Origin: Macrostomum lignano | Lineage: Eukaryota | Direction of reading: 5' to 3' | DNA length: 64,000 nucleotides | Assembly (NCBI GenBank): GCA_002269645.1 | Contig: NIVC01003981.1 | Coordinates: 1-64,000 of the forward strand | Shown: piece by piece, positions 35,571 through 46,954 of the stretch | Position numbering within the stretch: position 1 is the stretch's first letter | Layout of the letters: each line of letters starts with the position of its first letter | Translations under genes and position numbers: made by a program | The notes under the pieces: generated by a model | What the model was told of the DNA's origin: nothing | What the model saw: the letters and a program-made list of their open reading frames with translations, nothing else | Database searches by the model: none

Positions 35571-36870
35571 CTGGTACGTGGCGGCTATGCCTTTTGGCGT
35601 GTACCTATAAAAAACCCGGATCAGCCGCTAGTTTTGTTCAGGGGAGCTTGACCACTAATCAAGCATACACTATCAACTAAATTGATAGAGAGTGTTCAAC
35701 TAAATTACAGCAGGATGCATACTATAGAGAGCGAGTTCTAGGGAGTCTTCACTGGAATCAATGTGTAATCGCTTGTACTTCTTCGTACGTACGTATGGTC
35801 AAGTCACTTGGCTATTATTCTGTTACATGTAATTTCTAGCTCATGTAACTGTATATATGATGTATGGGATGTACGTATATGATACATGTGTAGATCACAG
35901 TTTGTGAGTTCCACAAGTCATAAATAATGTTACCAATATGGCATGATAAACATGGCCATGTACATGTATGCGCCTTATTGTAGGTAGAAACTGTGTTCAG
36001 GTATATTCTATTGTATGTCAATACATTTTGCACTTACATGTATAGTCGTAGAGTTCACGTCCTGGAAAGCAATTACTCGTAGCACATGTGCATGAAGCTG
36101 TGTGATTCTTATTTTAAAGAAGATTCTTGACCAAATTTCTTAACAGTCTAGAGGTGCACGCACTAAATTCAGGGAACGGCAGGAGTCGCATGCGGACGGC
36201 CGTTCTGTCTTCCGTACATGTACTTCTACATGTACGTATTAATATAAGAAATTCCATTGAAGCCATTCAGAATCGCTTCCGTATTTATTGGTGCTCTCCC
36301 AAGTGCTAATGACCCCTCCTCGCTACGCCCCAACATTGGCACCTACACAGAACACACTAACACCTAACCTCATCTTTTAATGAGTTGCATAGCGCTATGC
36401 GTGATGAAGTACTGTACGAGTAACGCAAGTTACTATCGATAATAATATCAAAATTCTATCCCTTTTCTAACAGCCCGAAATACATGAACTCGATCCTATA
36501 TAGTTACAGTGTATAGTGCATGTATATCGATTTATACCACTTTCTAGAATGTATCCTATTGTACACCACACCACTTCACTCAACACCCACCACACCACCT
36601 TACTCAATGCAGGTACATTATATCGCAGAAGTCACATAAACGCTGGAAGAAATATTTATTAAACTGTTAGAAATCGACAGTAACTCGTACATGTACAAGG
36701 GTACATACGTAATTGTATGTGGCGCTTTCATCAATAAGGCTTTTTAGCATGTCCAAGTTTTTTAAACAAACGAACTAAAACAAGTTTATTAGAGCATACT
36801 TAAGGTCTTAAAAATAGGTTACACAGCTATATTCCCCTAGTACAGGAAGTTCCCAAAGCACTTCTCTGGC

Positions 36871-37450
36871 TAGAGTTGGCGCCAGAGGAACTCGCTAAGA
36901 TGGGACTCAAAAAAGGTCGTCACTAGTGCCATGCTGGCTGCAAAACTTCGCCTTCACGAGTGCCCAGGTGCCTTCGATGTTGTTTGTGGGCACAGTTGGA
37001 TCGTTCGGATCAACGAAATGCAGACGGTGATTGACAAACACCTGGGGAAGCGCACTATATACCTGCCAGCCGTCAGTTAAAATGCGTGTCCCAGGCAACA
37101 CACTGCTGAATAATCTGACTCAGCAGACCGGTTGGGTACTTGTACCATCATGCATTTGCGTGTACCTTGCTTGACCATCCCAAGCACCCAGTGGCCCTCG
37201 CGGTAAGCTCCCTGATAATATTTGCGATGAAAAAATTGAACTCATCCACTTCAACTTCTCTTCCTTTTATTGGCTTTTTTATTGCAAACAAAAAAGAACA
37301 ATTATTTCTCAGTTTTCGTACAACATATCCTTTATTTTTCTCTCGCTCATCGCACATTCCATTGTCAGCTACTAGTATTTTCTCTTTGTCGTTTGTCAAA
37401 AAATGGCACAATTCAGGTACACTAAATGGCACACTATAATAAAAAACGAG
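36871..37450 (-). pseudogene. Decayed Merlin (IS1016/ISXO2-like DDE) transposase
   Basis: Across frameshifts: GREVEVDE..F; KYYQGAYREGHWVLGMV..GTRKCMMVQVPNRSAE; PGTRILTDGWQVYSAL; VNHRLHFVDP..PTVPTNNIEGTWALVK; DLFESHLSEFLWRQ. These match ISXO2/Merlin motifs (EIDE, SDxWxAY, VNH..FV, TNxIExxW, EFxWR). Confidence 0.9.
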
Positions 37451-37639
37451 AAAATAACACGGACAATTCGATTTAACAATTCCACAAGACTTAGCAACAG
37501 CCGCAAAAACGAACGTACCACGACGTGAACACCTACAAGTCAACTTATGATTTTTTGACCAAAATATAAAATATGCAGAAGGTACAAGTGGTCAGTTCAG
37601 CCACACTGTCAGAGCGCGACGACAGTCCTTTGGTCAAAC

Positions 37640-38035
37640 CTCTCAGCTCTCAACTTCCGCCACCTTCCCGCTCTCAGCTCCCGCCACCTTCCCGCTCTCA
37701 GCTCCCGCCACCTTCCTGCTCTCAGCTCCCGCCACCTTCCCGCTCTCAGCTCCCGCCACCTTCCCGCTCTCAGCTCCCGCCACCTTCCCGCTCTGAGCTC
37801 CCGCCACCTTCCCGCTCTCAGCTCCCGCCACCTTCCCGCTCTCAGCTCCCGCCACCTTCCCGCTCTCAGCTCCCGCCACCTTCCCGCTCTCAGCTCCCGC
37901 CACCTTCCCGCTCTCAGCTCCCGCCACCTTCCCGCTCTCAGCTCCCGCCACCTTCCCGCTCTCAGCTCCCGCCACCTTACCGCTCTCAGCTCCCGCCACC
38001 TTCCCGCTCTCAGCTCCCGCCACCTTACCGCTCTC
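37640..38035. repeat. 24-bp near-perfect minisatellite (CTCAGCTCCCGCCACCTTCCCGCT)n, about 16 units
   Basis: Direct reading; lies just upstream of the Merlin ORF. Confidence 0.95.
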
Positions 38036-38609
38036 CTCGCCTCTGCCAAAATTAGATATGGCTTGTCAATGCATGGCTTTTGTGTTATGGCTATTGGTGA
38101 CTTGTGAAACCTCACTAACGGTGATCGGAAGTACTAATGCATGTATATGTGCATGCATAGAGTACATGAGCAAGAAACTAACAAGTTATGGATAAAAGTA
38201 GAGCAAGGGTAAAAGGTACGGATAAACAAAGTTAAAAAAATTGACTATAAATAAAGCTAACATGAACTGTCAATGATACGAATTTCCATTTGCTGACAGC
38301 TCAAGACAAAATGCTTTCAACGACCGTTCCATTCTGAGCTAACTTTGATACGATCACCGCATTGCTGAAGGTTATAGTACGCTTTGCACCGACTGTAGCG
38401 TTCGAGGCGGCTGTTCGAGCAGAACCAGCGGCAGTCCCGGCCGCAGCAGCGTTGTTCGAGACGGTGACCAAAGCAAAGGTGCCAATGGTACAGCAGCTGG
38501 GCTTCACCGGTAGCTTTTTCTGAAGGAAGAATGTGCTTTCAATAAGCTGTGCTGCTTGGTACTAATACGAGACTACTTTAGCAGAGGGCGGAGAAGCAGG
38601 GTAGAGCAG

Positions 38610-41600
38610 ATAGCAGAGGGCAGGGTCAGGGGAAGGAAGCGAGGGTCAGGGGAGAGAAGCCAGGGTCAGGGGGGAGAGAAGCCAGGGTCAGGGGAAGGAA
38701 GCCAGGGTCAGGGGGAGAGAAGCCAGGGGTCAGGGGAGGGAAGCCAGGGTCAGGGGAGGGAAGCCAGGGTCAGGGGAGGGAAGCCAGGGTCAGGGGAGGG
38801 AAGCCAGGGTCAGGGGGAGAGAAGCCAGGGTCAGGGGGAGAGAAGCCAGGGGTCAGGGGAGGGAAGCCAGGGTCAGGGGAGGGAAGCCAGGGTCAGGGGG
38901 AGAGAAGCCAAGGTCAGGGGGAGAGAAGCCAGGGTCAGGGGAGGGAAGCCAGGGTCATTGAGAGAGAAGCCAGGGTCATTGAGAGAGAAGCCAGGGTCAT
39001 TGAGAGAGAAGCCAGGGGTCAGTAAGGCGAAAAGCCAGGGCCAGGCAGAGAGAAGCCAGGGTCAGGGGAGAGAAGCCAGGGTCAGGGGAGGGAAGCCAGG
39101 GTCAGGGAGAAGAGAAGCCAGGGGTCAGTAAGGAGAAAAGCCAGGGCCAGGGGAGAGAAGCCAGGGTCAGGGGGGAGAGAAGCCAGGGTCAGGGGAAGGA
39201 AGCCAGGGTCAGGGGGAGAGAAGCCAGGGGTCAGGGGAGGGAAGCCAGGGTCAGGGGAGGGAAGCCAGGGTCAGGGGAGGGAAGCCAGGGTCAGGGGGAG
39301 AGAAGCCAAGGTCAGGGGGAGAGAAGCCAGGGTCAGGGGAGGGAAGCCAGGGTCATTGAGAGAGAAGCCAGGGTCATTGAGAGAGAAGCCAGGGGTCAGT
39401 AAGGCGAAAAGCCAGGGCCAGGCAGAGAGAAGCCAGGGCCAGGGGAGAGAAGCCAGGGTCAGGGGAGGGAAGCCAGGGTCAGGGAGAAGAGAAGCCAGGG
39501 GTCAGTAAGGAGAAAGCCAGGGCCAGGGGAGAGAAGCCAGGGTCAGGGGGGAGAGAAGCCAGGGTCAGGGGAAGGAAGCCAGGGTCAGGGGAAGGAAGCG
39601 ACGGTCAGGGGAGAGAAGCCAGGGTCAAGTGAGGGAAGCCAAGGCCAGCGGGAGAGAAGCCAGGGTCAAGGGAGGGAAGCCAAGGTCAGGGGGAGAGAAG
39701 CCAGGGTCAGGGGAGGGAAGCCAGGGTCATTGAGAGAGAAGCCAGGGTCATTGAGAGAGAAGCCAGGGGTCAGTAAGGCGAAAAGCCAGGGCCAGGCAGA
39801 GAGAAGCCAGGGTCAGGGGAGAGAAGCCAGGGTCAGGGGAGGGAAGCCAGGGTCAGGGAGAAGAGAAGCCAGGGGTCAGTAAGGAGAAAGCCAGGGCCAG
39901 GGGAGAGAAGCCAGGGTCAGGGGAGGGAAGCCAGGGTCAGGAGGGAGGGAAGCCAGGGGTCAGTAAGGAGAAAAGCCAGGGCCAGGGGAGAGAAGCCAGG
40001 GTCCAGGGGAGAGAAGCCAGGGTCAGGGGAAGGAAGCCAGGGTCAGGGGAAGGAAGCGAGGGTCAGGGGAGAGAAGCCAGGGTCAAGTGAGGGAAGCCAA
40101 GGCCAGCGGGAGAGAAGCCAGGGTCAAGGGAGGGAAGCCAAGGTCAGGGGGAGAGAAGCCAGGGTCAGGGGAGGGAAGCCAGGGTCATTGAGAGAGAAGC
40201 CAGGGTCATTGAGAGAGAAGCCAGGGGTCAGTAAGGCGAAAAGCCAGGGCCAGGCAGAGAGAAGCCAGGGTCAGGGGAGAGAAGCCAGGGTCAGGGGAGG
40301 GAAGCCAGGGTCAGGGAGGAGAGAAGCCAGGGGTCAGTAAGGAGAAAGCCAGGGCCAGGGGAGAGAAGCCAGGGTCAGGGGAGGGAAGCCAGGGTCAGGA
40401 GGGAGGGAAGCCAGGGGTCAGTAAGGAGAAAAGCCAGGGCCAGGGGAGAGAAGCCAGGGTCAGGGGGGAGAGAAGCCAGGGTCAGGGGAGAGAAGCCAGG
40501 GTCAGGGGAAGGAAGCCAGGGTCAGGGGAAGGAAGCGAGGGTCAGGGGAGAGAAGCCAGGGTCAAGTGAGGGAAGCCAAGGCCAGCGGGAGAGAAGCCAG
40601 GGTCAAGGGAGGGAAGCCAGGGTCAAGGGGAGAGAAGCCAGGGTTAGGGGAAGGAAGCCAGGGTCAGGAGAGGAGAGAAGCCTGGGTCAGGGGAGGAGAG
40701 AAGCCAGGGTCAGGGGAGGAGAGAAGCCAGGGTCAAGGGAAGAGAAGCCAGGGTCAGGGGAGGGAAGCCAGGGTCAGGGAGGAGAGAAGCCAGGGTCAGG
40801 AGAGAAGAGAAGCCTGGGTCAGGGGAGGAGAGAAGCCAGGGGTCAGTAAGGAGAGAAGCCAGGGTCAGGGGGAGGGAAGCCAAGGTCAAGGGAGGGAAGC
40901 CAAGGGTTAAGAGTGAAGCCAAGGATTAGGATGGAAGGAAGCCAGGGTCAGGGGAAGGAAGCCAGGGTCAGGGGAAGGAAGCGAGGGTCAGGGGAGAGAA
41001 GCCAGGGGTCAGTAAGGCGAAAAGCCAGGGCCAGGCAGAGAGAAGCCAGGGTCAGGGGAGAGAAGCCAGGGTCAGGGGAGGGAAGCCAAGGTCAGGGGGA
41101 GAGAAGCCAGGGTCAGGGGAGGGAAGCCAGGGTCATTGAGAGAGAAGCCAGGGGTCAGTAAGGCGAAAAGCCAGGGCCAGGCAGAGAGAAGCCAGGGTCA
41201 GGGGAGAGAAGCCAGGGTCAGGGGAGGGAAGCCAGGGTCAGGAGGGAGGGAAGCCAGGGGTCAGTAAGGAGAAAAGCCAGGGCCAGGGGAGAGAAGCCAG
41301 GGTCAGGGGAGGGAAGCCAGGGTCAGGAGGAGAGAAGCCAGGGCCAAGTGGAGAGAAGCCAGGGTCCAGGGGAGAGAAGCCAGGGTCAGGGGAAGGAAGC
41401 GAGGGTCAGGGGAGAGAAGCCAGGGTCAAGTGAGGGAAGCCAAGGCCAGCGGGAGAGAAGCCAGGGTCAGGGGAGGGAAGCCAGGATCAAGTGAGGGAAG
41501 CCAAGGCCAGCGGGAAAGAAGCCAGGGTCAGGGGAGGGAAGCCAGGGTCAGGGAGAGAGAAGCCAGGGTCAGGGGGAGAGAAGCCAGGGTTAGGGGGAGA

Positions 41601-42250
41601 GAAGCCACGGTCAGGGGAGGGAAGCCAGGGTCAGGGGAGGGAAGCCAGGGTCAGGGGAGGGAAGCCAGGGTCAGGGGGAGAGAAGCCATGGTCAGGGGAA
41701 GGAAGCCAGGGTCAGGGCAGGGAAGCCAGGGTCAGCGGGAGAGAAGCCAGGGGTCAGTAAGGAGAAAAGCCAGGGTCAGGGGAGGAGAGAAGCCAGGGTC
41801 AAGGGAGGGAAGCCAGGATCAGGCGGACAGAAGCCAGGGTCAAGGGGAGAGAAGCCAGGGTCAAGGGGAGAGAAGCCAGGGTTAGGGAAGGAAGCCAGGG
41901 TCAGGGGAGGAGAGAAGCCAGGTCAGGGGAGGAGAGAAGCCAGGGTCAGGGGAGGAGAGAAGCCAGGTCAGGGGAGGAGAGAAGCCAGGGTCAGGGGAGG
42001 AGAGAAGCTAGGGTCAAGGGAAGAAAAGCCAGGGTCAGGGGGGCAAAGCCAGGGTCAGGGAGGAGAGAAGCCAGGGGTCAGTAAGGAGAGAAGCCAGGGT
42101 CAGGGGGAGGGAAGCCAAGGTCAAGCCGTCAAGGGAGGGAAGCCAAGGGTTAGGAGTGAAGCCAAGGATTAGGATGGAGGGAAGCCAGGGGTCAGGGGGA
42201 GAGAAGCTAGGGTTAGAGGGAGGAAATCCAAGGTTAGGGGAGAGGGGATC
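38610..42250. repeat. 20-22-bp G-rich minisatellite (AGAGAAGCCAGGGTCAGGGG)n, right arm of the giant element
   Basis: Direct reading; about 1.3 kb longer than its left-arm mirror. Confidence 0.95.
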
Positions 42251-44219
42251 TAAGGAAAGGAAAATAAGTCAAACATCAGGTATTTGATATAAAATATTGT
42301 AGGCTTAGTTTTATAGTTTGTTATTTAGTCTAGGCCTATTGTTGGTATACATAAAGTAGATAGATAGAAAAAACAAAAATTTTAAGGCTCTTATCTAGTA
42401 AGTTAGCTAAATCTATTCATTAAGACCAAGTCAATAAGCTAGGCCTAGGCTTAGTGCTCAATAGGCTTTCCTACATACATAGTCCTAATACATAGGGCTA
42501 TAGCTAAACAAATAGAATTTAATTAAATTCAAGCTTTTTTATAATTGAATAAAAGCAGCTTATAAGTTACTTCTCAAAATATTAGACCTACATATATATT
42601 TCAAATGCCTGCGTATTATTAATTAACTGACACGTGACAGGCTTTAAACTATAGAACAAAATTACTTAAGCAATCACATAATAATGCACAAGAAATTTAA
42701 GAAAAGCTCCTTTCATTTATCTTGTACACGAAGCCTTCACTTGTTTAGTCTAGTGCATAGGCCAGCACAGCAATGCACAGTAGCACAACAAATATGCCTT
42801 AAAAGCTTTTGTTGAACGTTGAACATAGGAACCATAGCTCATTCCTGTAAAGTTTGTTTTCAAATTACATGCAAGCGAATTAATATTAACAAACGTCGAT
42901 TTTTCTACTGCAAATTGTTATTAAACACCCGTTAAAAGCTTTCAATTGATACACTCCCATTTGATTGTATGGGAGCGCGCTTTGGGCCCGTCTAGCCGGA
43001 AGAAGCGAGAGCTCGAGAGCGCGCTTTCCTGCCGGTTAGCCCGATGATTTTGTAAGCTTTTGGCCCGGCTAGCCGGTTCTCGTCGGGTGTATAAGGACTG
43101 CTAAGAACATATCTAAGAAGTCTGAATATTAAAAGCATCTCGTCCCGGACTCCCGAATCTTATCATATCGTCTTAAATTTTAATCTAGAACAAAATCTCA
43201 ATATCAGCCACCTGTAGAAAGAAAAATATAATGTTCCATCTATATTATAATGGCTCTGCTGTATCCATAGCCATTAGAAAATGGGTTCCGGTGCTGGAAC
43301 TCTAGCCATTGCCAAAAAAATTAGGCATTCTTTTAAATAATATATTATTACAAAACTTGAAATTTCGTACAAGTACTTATGCATAAATATCTCCTTCTAT
43401 AAGTTCTACTCTTGAATTATTATTAAATATAAGAAAATTGACATAATACTGGCCAAAGAGGCTTCTTGCCTGAGCCAACTTATTACTTACTACTACTTAC
43501 TTACTTAGGCCTACTACTTGTTTCTTCATTCTTGAGTTGAAGAGGCACAATATGATGTTGTATTTGGATCAAACATTGTTTTGTCAAAGGTCATGAGCTT
43601 TAGTTTAAAATCACTTCACTTCCTTCACTTCAAAAAAACATATGCAATGTGATATTTTTTTTAGCTCCTTACTCTAAGTAGGCCGAGTGTTCCCCCTTTT
43701 AGAAATCTAATATGATATTGATATTATAATGATATAATGTGAAATATAATGTAAAAAGCTAGGAAGTGAAATTCAATTGAATAGATTTGTAAGCCTCTAT
43801 TACTATAGTAGACAGTGAATATATATTTATAGTTATACTTTAATGATTTAAATCAAGAAGTTTAAAAATGCTAATTGTTCCTTAAGTTTTAAACTTCAGA
43901 GGAGAAGCTTATATTGCTAGATAGATCTTGCAATGCTAAGTTTAAGGATACAAGTTGTTTGCTTCAAATATAAAAAAGCATAGCATTAAAAACAGTTTTA
44001 ATATGCTTAATAGAGTATAATTTTAATTTAATAAAGTCCTAATTAACTGCAATTAGATAGGGCCTAGAGATAATATTGATTGAATCAAATTAGATTAGGC
44101 CTAAATTAAATTATATATGTTTCTTGGAGAGGATGTAAGTAAGAAATAATAGAAAATAAAAAAAGAAAGATCAAAGGATATAATATAAAATTGATCATGG
44201 TTATATGCTATATCAGTAC

Positions 44220-45055
44220 ATGGTTAGATATTCTTTATTTATATTTTGGCTTAAATAAAGCTTAAAATAATTTACAAAAGTGTAGATATAAGAACACAGA
44301 AGAACACAGAGAGAAAGAGAAAAAAATAAATAGTAGAGAAAAAAGAATAGAAATAAGTATAGGCATGGGGTAGTTGCAAGAAAAGAGAAGACAGATAAGA
44401 GAGGAAAGAAAAAAGAATAGAAAAAAGTATAGGCATGAGGTAGTTGCAAGAAAAGAGAAGACAGATAAGAGAGGAGAGAAAAAAGAATAGAAAAAACTAT
44501 AGGCATGAGGTAGTTGCAAGAAAAGAGAAGACAGATAAGAGAGGAGAGAAAAAAGATAAGAGAGACATAAGGAAAGAGAAAAGATGAAAAATGAGAGCAG
44601 AGAGGAAAAGAAAAAGAAAAGAGAAAAGAAAGAGGGATAGATAGAGAAAAGACAAAAAATGAGAGAATAGAGATGAGAAAGGAGAGAAAAGAGAGTAGAG
44701 AAAGAAGTGAGAGGAGAAAGGAGAAAGGAAAAAAATGACAAGAGAAATAAAAGTAGAGATGAGAGCAGAGAGGTAAGAGAAAAGAGAGAACAAGTAGAGG
44801 AGAGACAATAGATAAGAGGAGAAAGAAAGTAGAGATAGAAGCAAGAGGAAAAGGGAGACAGATAACAAGAGAAATGGGAGAACAATGAGAGAGATAAGAG
44901 AGTAGAGAGGAGAGAGGAAAGTAGAAATGAGAGCACAGAGAGGAGAGATGAGAGAGCACAGAGAGGAGAGATGAGAGAGAAAAGAGAGGAGAGATAAGAG
45001 CAAAGAGGAAGATGAGAGAATAAAGAGAAAAGAGGAGATAGGAAAAAGTCAGTCT
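44220..45055. repeat. Purine (A/G)-rich low-complexity tract including a 70-bp unit x3 (44345-44555)
   Basis: GAATAGAAA starts at 44345, 44415 and 44485. It explains the Leu/Ser/Phe-rich minus-strand pseudo-ORFs. Confidence 0.85.
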
Positions 45056-45585
45056 GGACAATGGCAATCATTTTTTGCAAACAGGGAAAACAAGATATGT
45101 TATTTAGGAGGTTTTAAAGAAGATTTAGAAGATTGGATTAGGGTCATAGGATTCAGCTAATAGATTTTAGGGAATGTAATTTTGGCAATGGGAATTCTAT
45201 TCCCTTTCTCCTCCAATGGAGTTGGCATTTTTAAAAAAAACTAATTTTCTATTGGATTATCTAAGATCCATTTTCTTGACAATGCCATTTTTGTAAATAA
45301 ATATTTGTATGCAATAGGGTCTAGGGAACTTTGTAGTTGTACCATGTGCATTGGTATACAAAAATGTATACTTCTATATGCAATAGTTAAACTCTGGTAT
45401 GCAGTCTGCAGGCCAAAATATTTGTATGCATAGTCTATATTTTGGAGGCTATTGTGTAGGATTATATTTATATTAGTATATTGATAAATCAATGATGTGT
45501 ATTTGTCTAGTCTCCCAATTTTTTCCTACTATAATCCTAATATAGCTTTAAATATCATTTAGCCCTTTTTGCATCCATTTTTCAG

Positions 45586-45753
45586 GACTGCGTTGCTGTT
45601 CGACTTAAGCCTGGGGAGCTGCTGCGCGAGTCCCTGATGCAACTGGTGAAAGAGCAGGGCCTGAGCTCTGCTTTTGTTATCAGCTGTGTTGGTAGCCTCA
45701 CCCAAGCTAGACTGCGCTATGCCACCTCATCTGATGGTTCTGGCACCAACCCA
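45586..45753 (+). CDS. PPC/DUF296-domain protein, internal or first coding exon
   Basis: Acceptor tttttcAG|GAC, 168 nt, donor cca|GTAAGT. DCVAVRLKPGELLRESL..LVKEQGLSSAFVISCVGSLTQARLRYA matches the PPC pattern RLxPG...CVGSL..A.LR.A. Absent from the ORF track. Confidence 0.88.
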
Positions 45754-45942
45754 GTAAGTATTCTGATTTTTCTAAAAAAACTCAAGCACTTGTGATATTA
45801 TATTAGTCTCAGCAATACATAGAAATGAATTGTTGTCTAGATTTTATCTTTGTGTCATAGAATGTGATATAGAAGATCAAATTTAATTTTGACACGCTGA
45901 ATTTAAACCCCAGATGCCATATTGACATTGGCATCATTTTCC

Positions 45943-46352
45943 GGGTCGCCATCATAAACCCGAAAAATCACAACTCCGAAAGCACTTCCCATCATAAACC
46001 CAAAAAATCACAAACCCGAAAATTCACAACTCCGAAATTAATAGCAACGCCCATCATAAACCCGAAATATCATAAACCCGAAAAATCACAACTCCGAAAA
46101 CCAAAAATGGCAAAATAGCATTGCCCATCGTAAACCCGAAATATCATAACTCCGAAAGTGTTAGCAACGCCCATCATAAACCCGAAATATCATAACTTCG
46201 AAAACCAAAATAGTGTTGGACATTGCTAGCACTTTCGGAGTTAGGATATTTCGGGTTTGTGATTTTTCGGGTTTATGATGTGCGTTGCTATTTTGTTTTT
46301 CGGAGTTGTGATTTTTCGGGTTAATGATATTTCGGGATGTGATGCCCCCCCC
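45943..46352. mobile_element. MITE related to 27435-28315, in the DUF296 intron
   Basis: Left end GGGTCGCCATCATAAACCCGAAAAATCACAAC; inverted subrepeats TTTCGGAGTTGTGATTTTTCGGG at the right. TSD is degenerate. Confidence 0.75.
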
Positions 46353-46954
46353 ATATTTTCCTACCTATATGCCATTTAAATGAAGCTCCATATTTGTCAC
46401 ATTTCATTTAAAGCATAAAGAGATAAATAACCTAGCTAATGGTCACTAGTCGGGGGAGAGATAGAGAAGAAGAGGGAATAGAGAAGAGAAGAGCGGAAAG
46501 TCGGAGAGAGGAGATGAGATATGGGACGAAAGAAGAGAAAAGGGAGAAGATAAAAAAAATAGATAAGGATAAGAGACGGCAGAAGAGAAGGCGAAAGCAG
46601 AGGAGAGAAGAGGGGCGAGAGGAGAGGAGAAAGAAGATAGAAGAGAGGGGAGATCAGATACGGGCCAGATTGCTATTGTGAAGTTTCGAGGCTTCGTGGG
46701 TCGGAGGTTGTCGACCTTTGGTTTAGAGTATCACTAATTTTAAAATTATTGGGATTCTTGAAATTTCATTAGTACTCTTTCAAATTTCAAATTTGAGTAA
46801 TTATTCAGTCTGGTAACTTCTGTAGGTCAGAGGGACTCAGCAGTATAAATGGTAGGGTTAAAATGTGAGGTCAATTTATTTGATTTTCTAATTTTCAACT
46901 AACGCCAGTTGGCATCCGTTGTATTATATCCGATGGGATAATCTTTTATTGCAG

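Larger units (their letters stand above)
29434..43313. mobile_element. 13.9-kb foldback-type DNA transposon with giant inverted arms (29434-32950 and 38470-43313)
   Basis: Termini GGTAATGGCTAGAGTTCC / GGAACTCTAGCCATTGCC. Identical 9-bp flank AAAAAAATT at 29425-29433 and 43314-43322. Near-identical inverted sequence at 29515-30350 vs 42250-43089 and 32825-32950 vs 38470-38595, with mirrored minisatellite between. Confidence 0.8.

Noticed and set aside
30428-41885. Arg/Gly/Glu-rich ORFs (REARVRG..., GEKPGS...)
   Set aside because: Translations of the 20-22-bp minisatellite in the arms.
29515-43089. Inverted duplication as a pure long-read chimera artefact
   Set aside because: The arms differ by SNPs, indels and array blocks, enclose a 5.5-kb unique spacer and end at a direct repeat. 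An artefact is unlikely, though not excluded without reads.
44213-45080. 270-280 aa hydrophobic ORFs resembling membrane proteins
   Set aside because: Reverse complement of an A/G-rich low-complexity tract.
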